DNA of 64,000 nt, taken from contig JYFJ02001085.1 of NCBI GenBank assembly GCA_000934665.2, positions 1 through 64,000 on the forward strand, given 5' to 3'. The position numbers and the translations under genes were made by a program. The stretch's first letter is position 1; the number at the start of each line of letters is the position of its first letter. The notes beneath the pieces were generated by a model. That model saw only the letters and a list, made by a program, of their open reading frames with translations, searched no databases and was not told where the DNA came from. This document shows, one piece after another, positions 12,842 through 23,517 of the stretch. This DNA comes from Catajapyx aquilonaris. Lineage: Eukaryota.

Positions 12842-15387
12842 AATGCAAGTAAATGTTTGTCTGTTTCATGTGTAATTAAGCATTACAAACTGTCGTGTAG
12901 GCTAAGTTATAAGAATAAAAGATGTTCTACTTATATTCTTTCCCTAATAATTATACTGGCAACATTACACCAGTTTTTCAAGGGCATATTCCTTATCTTG
13001 TAAAGTGATCATTTTCAGAACGTGACAAAGAAAAATATATAATTCCTAAATGTTGATGTAGCGGCCTAGCGGCATTCCACAAAGGACCTGAGACATTCCT
13101 GTAGGTCATTTAGCTAACTGCTTGATGAGCTTAGTCTGTACTTTTTAAAATGTCAGCCACATTTTATCATTGCCTGCGAGACGCCGTCTGGCTGCGTCTG
13201 ATTGCCATCAACATCATCATGACGTCTCGCGAGCTAGACTACATCTTGACCTTTCAAATGTCTTGCAATTACTACCCCCACCACCCCCNNNNNNNNCCCC
13301 CCCCCCCCCCTATCTCACATTTTGATTGTGGGCACGTGCCATATACACCACCATATGACAGAGTGGCATTTTTTTGTTGTTGTGGCCCTCCACTTGGGGT
13401 CAATTAGATCACTTTTCGGCATGGTCATGCCACTGTTGGCTCCAATTTTCTTGTGGGAGACCTCCCAAGTATATCCTTGGCCGACAATTAGATGGTTTTA
13501 TTGCACTTGGCATTCCTGCGCATTAACACTAAGGGTTGCACAACGCATTTCCTGCTGGACAGAAGGGCAAACGAGAGAAAGATATAACATTGACATCAAC
13601 TTGCTTTATTTATTAGAGTTGCTAATAAATCAATTGCATGTCACACCATGCTAATAAATTGTCAAAATGAATGCCAATGAAAAACTTGCCCATTGCAACC
13701 AATCAGAAAAAAGGGGTACAATAAATTTTATAATTATCAAATTATGGTTGCCGTATATGAAATGAGACAGAGAGAGACAATTACGATTTGACAAAGAAGT
13801 CTAAAATTTATTTAAAATAAGTGGAGGTTCGTGCAAAACCATTAGTTTAAAAAAAATATTCTTGAAGAAATGGCTCAGCCAGCAATAGTGGAGATCATAA
13901 TCTGTATACTGCTCCCAAATTGCATTCTAAAGCAATATTTCAGCTGGTCACATTATGGAAAAGCTTTTTCTATTATTAGAGTAGTGTAAAAATTAAACCT
14001 AACCCAAGCAGCAAAAAAGCCTGTAGCAGAGTTAAGGTAATTGCGTGCTCATGAAGCATTTTTGGCTAATATTACTGGCAAAAAACCAACTAATTTACTT
14101 GATGAATCAGAGCAATTTTGGGTTTGAGTAAGCATAGAGTTCTAATTGAATATTTTTTTCAGGCAGCAATAAAATTTGGCAGGGAATTCACGTAGCCACT
14201 TAAACCTCATTGCCATATCTTAATGAGCCATTCCTAGGCAGATAACAGCAACAGGTAATTACCCGCTCGGGCTTTGGGAATATTGATAGCGGCACTTTGC
14301 AGCCTTTCTGAACACGTTCAAAAAAATCCTCCTCCGTTTCAGAGAACATGACCTTCAAAAGTTCATGTGTGTATATTGCACAGAATTTTTAAGGGTGTTT
14401 GCAAATATTTACATAGAGTGTAAGTACAATTAATTCATGCATACGTATCCACCAATGGCTCAGTCCGGCTCACAGTCAGTCTGAACAACTATACTTTATA
14501 CTCATTAATTTTGCGAAAAGAACATACACTACATAGAAATAATTATTATACATAAGCAGGGCCTACATCTACCGCCTCTGCTCCAGATATTCTACTGAAT
14601 TTTTGATGACTTTCTTGTCATGACAGTTTCTGGAGAGTCCTTGTACTCAATTTTATGCATACGGAAGCTGAATTAGACACTGACAAGTGAATCGAAAGCA
14701 GCAGACTATAGCCTGGTCCTACACCAATTGGGTTCCAGGAAACATAAATGCGCACCGTACAGCTCGACAGCTCTGTACTGTGTACCGCAGACAGTGAGCG
14801 TTTCCGGGCCTTCCGCTTGAAATGCCACCTTCCACCACACCTGTGACACCAGCACAGCCAAGAAAATCATAATAAATATCAGGGTAGCCCTACGACAGCA
14901 CTAGACTGAAAATTTGTTTTTGCTAGGACATACTGCGGTTCTTCAAGCCACCAAGGGTGGCGCTGAAGTTGCTACCAGTGCACACTTACATCGGTATACT
15001 GTATACTAGTATAGACGTATAGTGTCAACAGTCAGTGGTATAGGCTATATCGCCAACCTAAATTCAACCGGACAGTAAACGCCCTCGGAATGCGTAAAAT
15101 TTCGAATTACTGTAGCCGACTGTATATAGCTACTTGCAAATTCCACTGAAGAAACAAAAAAGGCTTGGGTATATAAATATCATATTTGGTCTAAAATTGA
15201 TTTTTCATATTACATGGTGGTGTATATAATTTTTCTGTGGAAAACACACCACTTTCATGGTTTTTTCTGGACCTCATTGTCAATGCAACCGAATTGTTCC
15301 GCTTCATTCTTTATTCATAAATCTCGTAACTACCTCGTAACCATAATATGAACCATCGTGCTGTTTGGTTGGGGGGCTTAATCCCTA

Positions 15388-16366
15388 TAGATGGCACGCG
15401 AGTGAAGTAGCACCACTCTACGCCTACTCCCTCTGTGGAGATTACAGGAATATGTCCCCAGTCGCAATCGGTTAACAAGCGTTGAAGGACTCTTACAAAA
15501 CAATATTCATGGTATTTATTATTCACGTGGCATTCTTGCAACTCCTGTACATTGAGGAAGTAGTACTGAAAGCTAACTAACTTTACTTGGAAAATAAGGA
15601 TGCATCACATAAACTGCTACCCTACAGTGGTTGCAACTACACAATCACTGGGCATGCCAATTTAATTGGTCACAATTATTTTGTAAGTATTTTCAGAAAT
15701 ATCGACCATTGAAAAATAATTCAAGGTTCGTGATATCAATAGGCTACCAATCTCTGGTGTCATTATTGGATACATTATTTTATATTCAATATTTAAAACA
15801 GTGCTTGAAATAGTTGAAATTGGAATCAACAAGCAAGGTATTAATAGACACAGTTTGGAATAAGTTTATATTACCAACATATTGCAGAAAAGGGTGAATT
15901 TAGTCTCAAAGGGTGTTTAAAAAATGTATTTACTATACCCATTTTTCTTTATTCTTTAAGTGATAATTTTCGCTACCTAGCCCAGAAAAGTTTGTGTCTA
16001 TTTCCATATTGTTTCAGTACTTATAGCATGGGTGGCGGCGACCAACATATTCATCTCCCAATAAATAATAAAACAAGGGTCAATGTCCAGAGTGAAACAG
16101 GGCAGACAGGGGCCCTTGTTCCATTGGGCATCTCAATAAGAAATCACTAAAATAATAGTTGTAATATATAATTATGATGTATGACAGTAGCTATAGATTG
16201 GCCCAACACCTGCCCAAAACTTTAAAATGCAGAGGTGACAAGGTTACTAGAATGAAAGAGTAGGCCTACTCCTAGTCCAGTGGAATCCCGTCGGCGGAAG
16301 TAGTTCCGAAAGCCCTCACCTAGGGCGTAGGAGTACTGTGGCGCTATTTCTCTCACGCGCCATCTA
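15388..16366. repeat. Diverged 44-bp inverted repeat pair (old TIR element, or two inverted repeat fragments)
   Basis: 15388-15431 (TAGATGGCACGCGAGTGAAGTAGCACCAC...) matches the reverse complement of 16323-16366 at 35/44 positions by manual alignment. Confidence 0.6.
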
Positions 16367-16466
16367 GGTGTGAACAAGCTGAACTATAAAACATATATGA
16401 ACCAAACAGTCCCTCCTGCCCTCCACCCAGACCATGGTTTACATGGTTGATTACAAAATACAGTAT

Positions 16467-17408
16467 AAGGTGGTCGTACCGGTTGTGGCCATGCTAAGGT
16501 TCGAGAATTTTTTAAGCCTCCTTTTTGAAAAAAAAATCAATCCTTTTTTTGTAATTGTTACCAGGTTAATGGACTGTCATAAGAATAAATATAATTCCCC
16601 ATGAAAATAGTTTTACTGGTCCAAAAAAAACGAATTCCAAAAGTCGACACAGGGGCCATATCAGGAACATGTGGCCATGATATGGCCACCCTTGTTCCAC
16701 GTTCTACAAATCGTGATTTTTTTCCAGTTTCATAGAGCAGTTCTGCTGAAATTAAATAATTTTGGTGTGAAATCAATAAACATGATACCGTACGAAATGA
16801 TCCTTTTTGTTATGCAAAAGTGGATTCAAAACAGGAATTACCATTAAAATTAAGTTGTTTGCAAAATTGACATTGCAAAAAAAACATTTGAAATTATTTT
16901 AAAGAGAAGCGCACAAGACTGACAAAATTGAGATTGTTAAACTAACAAATAACGGTTCACAATTGAGACAAATAAAAATATAATACTTGATGTGGCCATG
17001 GTGCACTTGATGTGGCCATATCAGGAGCAGATCAGCTTTTACGAAAATCGTTTCATTATGAACAACTCGTAAAACATACGTCATCAACGGCAACACCACT
17101 CGAAAGAGCATTAAAAACTGAATAGAGTAGGCCTACGATGGTTTTCATGAAAAATGTATTTGAAAAACATGCATAAAACAAAGGAGACGTAGCCTACATG
17201 AGAAAAACAATAGGAAGAGGTCACACTAAAAACACAAACCAGGCAACTGAGGCAATATGGCTCAAGCTGGGTGGATGAGAAATGATCAAGTGACACACTT
17301 GGAGGCGTCACTGGCTGCTGATGCAATATAGCGGATTTCTTTGTTAGTTAACTCACAATAGCGGGGTGATCATATCAGGAGCATGGTCATAACCGGTACG
17401 ACCACCTT
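16467..17408. mobile_element. Non-autonomous DNA transposon, 942 bp, 29-bp TIRs
   Basis: AAGGTGGTCGTACCGGTTGTGGCCATGCT (16467-16495) matches the reverse complement of 17380-17408 with 2 mismatches. TGGCCAT / CATATCAGGA motifs are reiterated inside (about 16655, 16990-17025, 17371). No clear TSD and no transposase ORF. Confidence 0.85.
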
Positions 17409-17826
17409 GGTTATACGAGTAGTACGAGATTTATAAATCAAGCAATGGAAGCGGCTGCAAGATGTGTCACATATTGATATCACGTTCCAGAAAACACAGC
17501 ACGCCGGAATGGCATGCCCTAGTCGAAAATTATCTCATCAAGACCACTATTTGTGCTTTGATTCAATTTCAGAGAATTGCTTCTTTCTGATTTTGCCTAT
17601 TTTGGTTGTTATAGTTTACGACAAATTGAAGATAATTCGAAAGCTACACATTCCGAGGTTTTTAGTGTGCTTATACAGTTATACCTCCGAGTGTATAGGC
17701 CTTTACTACTAACTGCTGGAACTAACTTGTATCATATACTACTGGTAGAGTGGTATCATCGACTTCATCGTGAGTGGTATGTATGAATATACGGTGGTAC
17801 TGTATAACTGCAGCGCCACTGCTGGG

Positions 17827-17990
17827 CGTCATATGTCAGAAGACCGTAACTCAAAAAGCTAGTAAGGGTGAAAGTCGTATGCACGCCCTGCACTAATCCC
17901 CTCTGAGTCAGGGGGGATTATAGAGTGCAGGGCATGCATGTGACTTTCACTATTACTGGTTTTTGAGTTACGGTCTTCTTACATCTGACG
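17827..17990. mobile_element. Palindromic (hairpin) element, probable MITE remnant
   Basis: Arms of about 75 bp (CGTCATATGTCAGAAGACCGTAACTCAAAAA... and ...TTTTTGAGTTACGGTCTTCTTACATCTGACG) flank a short loop. Confidence 0.75.
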
Positions 17991-18523
17991 GCAGATTGGT
18001 GGTATAACTTACGCTTGAGTTTACGTCCTATGAACCTATAGCAAAGACATATCTACGAAAACGCCTTTTCCCTCTCATGGATGTTCATTCTCTATACTTT
18101 TTGGGAAGTTTAAGATACCGATAAATCGAAGAGGAACTCGGTACAATGAGTGGCTGCACTATAGCTTTTAGTTTAGCTATTTTTGCGTGTTAGGTATCAC
18201 TTACGTATAAATACTATAGCCTACTATATTCTTCACGGCCTTGATTAAGCAGGGGGTGGCCTGTGATGACCAGATACATGCATCTGGCCATCTCATGTGA
18301 CCTATACAACGAACCCTATGTGACTGGTCAGACCACGCAGAGAGCATAACATACAGTAACACATAACTGTAGACTATAACTGTATAAGTGATACCTAACA
18401 CTCAAATTTTACATGTTATTGTTATGCTGATAGTATGAGTGGGCAGTGGGGTGTTGTTTTAGTTCATAATTATGTGGTTAACTTGAGTCTTCTTCATCGC
18501 GTACTACCCCTGATAGGGAAATG

Positions 18524-18550
18524 TGTTGTTGTTGTTGTTGCTGTTATTGT
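18524..18550. repeat. (TTG)n microsatellite, imperfect
   Basis: TGTTGTTGTTGTTGTTGCTGTTATTGT read directly. Confidence 0.8.
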
Positions 18551-19329
18551 AGGTACACTTATATCCCATTTCAATATGAGACAAAAATGTTAGTCATACG
18601 ACTCATACCGAATTACTTGCAGTCTCTTTGACATTTGTCGCTATATATTTGCTCTCTATTGTTAGCCACTAAATCAGACTTCATCCCCGAGTTTTAAACA
18701 AAATGAATAACATTGGCCCTTTTTAAGATTTTGTCAATGTTTTACTATTATTGTATGAAGCGCTCTTTTTCCATTTTGGCATTAGCCCCTACTGCATGGG
18801 CAAGGAGAAATCCTCCATCCACTGTGTACCCTCAGTGTTGTGACCGTGGCACGCCGTTGTATGCCTCAACTACGAAACCTATACAATTGTTTACGTTATG
18901 TGGATATTGCTTCATGTCAATGAAAGCAACCTTGTAGGTCTAAATTATGTGGATTTAAGCGGGTAAATTAATTTTTGTGTTACATTTTGAAGTCAGTACA
19001 CCAGTCCAAAAGTGCTGGAGAGAATAATGAGAAAAATGTCAACAATCTGTCGATATGTGCTGGCAAACTGAAGAGAACAGAAGCAAGCTGATGAGAAATT
19101 GTTTTAAAATGTTGATACAGTATTTATTTTCACAATATTATTATTGTTCTGAATATATGGGGCGAAATGAGCCTTGGATTCATTGGAATATTATTGTAGA
19201 TTTATACCAGGCAGTATAGTATGTTACTGACCGTGAGTGCGCCATGCCTGTACTATGGGGCTCAAATAGTTTTGGCCACTTTATCCTGGTGTATCTTGAA
19301 GCAACCCTTCACACACACACACACACACA

Positions 19330-19600
19330 GATGTTATAATGTGCTATCCTTGTGAGGGTCTGGCAAAAATAAAAATTTAAAACTAACCTAACCTAACCTA
19401 ACCTACAAAAAACACACGATATTTTGGTGACCTATTTTTTCACAGTAAAAAGGAGGTCTTGGTTTGATTTTCCGCCATCCTTGTGAGGACTGTGTACCTT
19501 ATGAGGGCCTGAAAAAAGTCCTCGTAAGGTTTTCGGTCCTCACAAGGATAGGAAACAAGCGAAAATAATCCTCACAAGGATAGCAATGTCTGATCACCCA
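19330..19600. mobile_element. Nested element 1: (CA)n-flanked, subterminal inverted repeats, internal (CTAAC)n tract
   Basis: Perfect 16-bp IR TGCTATCCTTGTGAGG (19342-19357) / CCTCACAAGGATAGCA (19570-19585). Internal copies of CCTTRTGAGG occur in both orientations. (CTAAC)n at 19383-19405; CA tracts on both sides. Confidence 0.8.
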
Positions 19601-19620
19601 TCACAGACACACACACACAC

Positions 19621-19978
19621 TCTTGTCTTGACTAAGGCGTGGGGACGGACATTGATCACTTTTCACTGCGAGTGTAAACTGATCTAACCTAACCTAACCT
19701 AACCTAACCTAACCTAACCTAACCTTACCTAACCTATCCTACCTAACCTACCCTACCCTAAGTAACCTAGGCTGAGAAAAATGCACTTTTGTGAAAACCT
19801 ACAAATGAAAATAGTGGGGACATGTCCCCACTAATTTACACATGTCCCCACTGTAATGGTACACTTCGCGTGTGTGAGACTGTGGGGACCGACAAATGTC
19901 CCCACAATTGGAACTGGTCCCCACAGCTACAGTAAAACCACAGACTTCCGTCCCCAGACCTTAGTCAAGACCTGATCA
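19621..19978. mobile_element. Nested element 2: (CA)n-flanked, subterminal inverted repeats, internal (CCTAA)n tract
   Basis: 25-bp IR GTCTTGACTAAGGCGTGGGGACGGA (19625-19649) versus 19947-19971, 2 mismatches. Multiple internal GTGGGGAC/GTCCCCAC copies. Ends in CTGATCAC like element 1. Confidence 0.8.
19684..19769 (-). repeat. Interstitial telomere-type (TTAGG)n tract, degenerating at one end
   Basis: About 8 perfect CCTAA/CTAAC units followed by variants (CCTTA, CCTAT, CCTAC). TTAGG is the ancestral arthropod telomere repeat. Confidence 0.9.
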
Positions 19979-22130
19979 CACTTCCTCACCGTGGGGGCTG
20001 TGCGAAGGGTTGCTTCAAGACCAGGATAATGTGGCTAAAAGAATTTGAGCCCCATAGTACGTACTAACCAATGTCTTATCCATTGAATTTGCTTAGTGTT
20101 GCGTAAATACATAATTGAACTAGTAAAACTACTTTAATTACTATTATATGGGAACAACAAGCCCTAATCAGTTCTCAGTTCATGGCTCATTGGTTCACCA
20201 AGTATTTTGTGGTTTCAATAGTACGCAATAAAATTTGCAATACTCGTTATCCTGTCAGTGTCATACAAAGCTAAAAGCACAGCAGTAAAATTGATCGTTG
20301 AATAAAAAAAGAGTGAAATGTGAAGAGGGATCAAGTCCCAATTAGGCGACATTTATTAGGCGTGGGTGCCGCCTTTATAGTAAGGGAGGTTGGGCGGGAG
20401 AGGGAGGGGATGGTGGGAGTACGGGGAGGAGTGGAGGGAGGGGAGGGAATGCCTCCAGCGACGGGAGACATTTTTATTTGGGACAGCTGGGAGGTGCAGC
20501 TCATGCCTCATTGCCACCACCGCTCATTGATCCCGCACCTCGCCACTTGGCACATGTTTGCCTTTCGCTCTGTCACCCCACAATCTTCAACCCCGACTCT
20601 CCCAACTTCCTTATTCTAAAAAAGAATAGGAAAAAAAAACATCTAAAAGATGAGGACAGCGCCCCTCTACTTATTCCTAGAGTGTGTTCCCCCCGTACGG
20701 GCGTGCGGAGTGGTGTTGGGGACAAGTGTGTTGTAGGCTAGGGCTGCCAAATGAGGCGCGGGTGAGAAATGGCGGAATGGGCGTGGTTGGCGGAAAAGGG
20801 CGGGGCGTCCGAGGGATTTAGCTGGCGAGGCGGATTTCCACAGCATCCTCCTGGCTCCCTGCCACCGCATTTATAATCCTGTGGGACCACACCGCACGTT
20901 CAAACCTGCCTGCCTGCTGCTTGCTCCCATTTCGCATCCCACCCCAAAACATTGGGGTCCTAACATGGCGCCCATTTCGGCCCATATCTCAACTTATCGG
21001 ATCATCTGTAGGGCATTCACAGCAAGTAAGTCGGTAATGACTGCTTGTGTAGATGCTATGGACCAGGCATAACCCTGCACGTGACTGATCCATGTCTTCT
21101 ATTGTTGATTAGCTTTGTAATAGGAGATGAGGTTTGAAGGGTAGGGAGGGGGGGGGGGAGTATGAAGTGGTGCGCCCTGCTGGGTTCAATACCAGTGGAA
21201 AGGCACTTGAGAAGCTCGAGATGGAGATCAGGATTACTTCTCAGGAGGCCAAGTCATCACTTGGCTTGATGACAGTCGATAAAAGCAGAAAGAGGGTGGG
21301 ATTGTGCCGCCTGCACCAGACCCTTTACCTTGGCAGCCCTCGGCCGTATTTTTAATCCGGGCTTATCTCCAAATGGGTCTGGGGCTTTGGGGAAGGAGGC
21401 GTTGAAAACCGCGAAGGCACTTGCTGAGGTTTTTATGACTTCTGCACCGTGTCGGACGGTTTTAGATTCAGATGATGCGCGCTCAGAAATTAAGGCGCCT
21501 CATTTTCCTGTCTTTATTGCACTTCTTATTTTGGAAGTCGAATCATCCCTGTTTTACACATACGTCACAGAAGTAGTAGACCACGCATAATTATTACATA
21601 AATATATATAAAACTTTCAGCATTATACAGAAGCACTGCAAAATAATGTGCAGTACTGAGTACTTACAATCAATATTTGCATTAAATTTTCCTCCTCAAA
21701 CCGTAATAGTGTTGTGCATGACATCGTCACAGCGAAAGTGATTGTGAATGGGAGAGAAGTGGATGAATTGTTTGGAGGTTGAGAAAGGCCCTTGTCCATC
21801 TTCAGGATGGACATGAGGCTTCTGATGGATGACTTCCCCGCCTTGCATCCGATGCAGATGGAGGAAGATGCGGCTTCGAAGTACCACTTCGAGATTGGCA
21901 GATGAGAGACGGGAACGGACGGGAGATCGTGATGGATCACCTGATGTCATTTTCAGCCTCTTGCCCGGAGGGGGCCTTATGGCACAAGTCATTTACTATA
22001 ACTAAATCATTTTCACATGCATCCCTCTACAATATGAGCATATTTGCGTATTCCCTTCTTGGTATTTCATCATGACTATTACAGTGTGCTATAGGAGCAA
22101 GGTACATTACTTAACTAAATAATTGATGTA

Positions 22131-22274
22131 CTATATGGGGCTCAAATTGTTTTGGCCACTTTATCCTGGTCTTGAAGCAACCCTTCGCACAGGCCCCACG
22201 GTGAGCAAGCATGTCTGTGTGAAGGGTTGCTTCAAGACCAGGATAAAGGGGCCAAAATAATTTCAGCCCCACAG
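22131..22274 (+). mobile_element. MITE family A, copy 2
   Basis: TA-flanked hairpin element, GGGGCTCAAATTGTTTTGGCCACTTTATCCTGGTCTTGAAGCAACCCTTC ... GAAGGGTTGCTTCAAGACCAGGATAAAG. Near-identical to 50325-50464. Confidence 0.92.
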
Positions 22275-23424
22275 TAGGCTACATGTATCAAAATAATTCT
22301 AAAAAGAATATTTAGGCACGTGAATTTGTCTTTGTCATTATGCAAACAGCTTACTGTCATCTCGATATTGCAAATCTACCAAAATATATATAAGGCCTTT
22401 CTTCTCGCTAAGCAATAGAAAGGTTCCCTCCGTCATCCCTGACGAAAGTGAAGTAGAAAGAGCAGGTCTAATCCCCATTTCATGGGTGGGATATCAAAGC
22501 AGCGCGGAAAAGCAAATGTTAGCATTTAGTGGTGCTTTGGAGGAGGGGGAGGGTAAAGCCCCTCTAAAAAGAAGGTGGGTGGGTAGGTGAAGAGATGGCG
22601 AGAGGGAGGATGGAAAGAATACCGCTGCTGGGTTATCGAAAGGGACATCAGGAACCATAAACTGGTCCTTCGAAGGGATGTTTCATTCAGTTGAGAGTTT
22701 TCCATGACAATGATGCTACCCCTTTTTGGATACCCCACCGACTCCCTCACCCTCCCCTCAATCCCGCACTCTTTGCAGGGGGAAGTGATCCCATTCTTTT
22801 GCCTGACGGCATCGCTAAAGTACGAATTGGCTCGTATGGTCTTTCGGATGAGGCACATTTGGGGAGACTTTTTGTGGATCGTCGGGAAAAGCTTCTAAAG
22901 CGGACAATAATGGTGCAAATGAGATGGGGAGAAGGGTTTTTGCTCTTTCCTATTTTTTGGCTTTGATGCAATAATTGCGTAGCAGAAGGATGATTCTGTA
23001 GGTTATTGGCTATATCACCATCTAATGTATACTTACGTGGCGTGATTCTAAAGAGTCACAGCGTGAGTAATTCATCCATTACATCCACAAAAGGAATGTA
23101 AATTTGAGCTTTCAACCTGCCATCTTCTACTGATACATATTGGCATGTGGAAGAAAATATTTATTGTAGAGTTGTATTTCTCAAAACCGCTGACTGTTTA
23201 ATATGGTTCCGAGTTGACTTCACGTACACCTAGCACCTGTTGTAGGGCTCTAAATCAAATGAGCAAAATAGGCCGACTGGGGCATTTTAATGGATCTTTT
23301 AAACATCTGGCTTGGTACTACAGTACGACTGCTGTCTTATAATGAATGATGAGAGTAGGAGGTAACGGGAGAACATGGAAAGAACATATTTAAAAACCAT
23401 TTCAACTGGCCATATGAAACCCAT

Positions 23425-23517
23425 AATCTGTCCGACAAAGGGTCCGAACCCTGAAACTCCGAGGTGCGAAGTGGGCTGCCCTTGGGGCTGCCCCTAATAA
23501 ACACTATACCACCGTCC
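23425..23517 (-). mobile_element. Possible degraded tRNA-derived SINE head
   Basis: The minus strand reads GGTGGTATAGTG (A-box-like) ... GGGTTCGGACCC (B-box-like). The spacing is disturbed by a short GGGCAGCCC duplication. Confidence 0.35.

Larger units (their letters stand above)
19253..20057 (-). mobile_element. MITE family A, copy 1, interrupted by two nested insertions
   Basis: Termini TA|CTATGGGGCTCAAAT and ATTTGAGCCCCATAG|TA with about 59-bp TIRs. The uninterrupted ~140-bp copies at 22131-22274 and 50325-50464 show that about 19330-19978 is inserted sequence. Confidence 0.9.

Noticed and set aside
13275..13310. Poly-C tract with Ns (also N at 11512 and 58067)
   Set aside because: Sequencing or assembly uncertainty in homopolymers, not a biological feature.
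19310..19980. CRISPR-like array or true telomere/chromosome fusion site
   Set aside because: There is no constant repeat with unique spacers, and the context is eukaryotic. The TTAGG tracts are short, in the same orientation (not head-to-head) and embedded in IR-bounded elements.
21040..21992. Protein-like frames suggesting a decayed retroelement
   Set aside because: I could not identify reverse transcriptase, endonuclease, gag or RNase H motifs. BLASTx against TE proteins would be needed.
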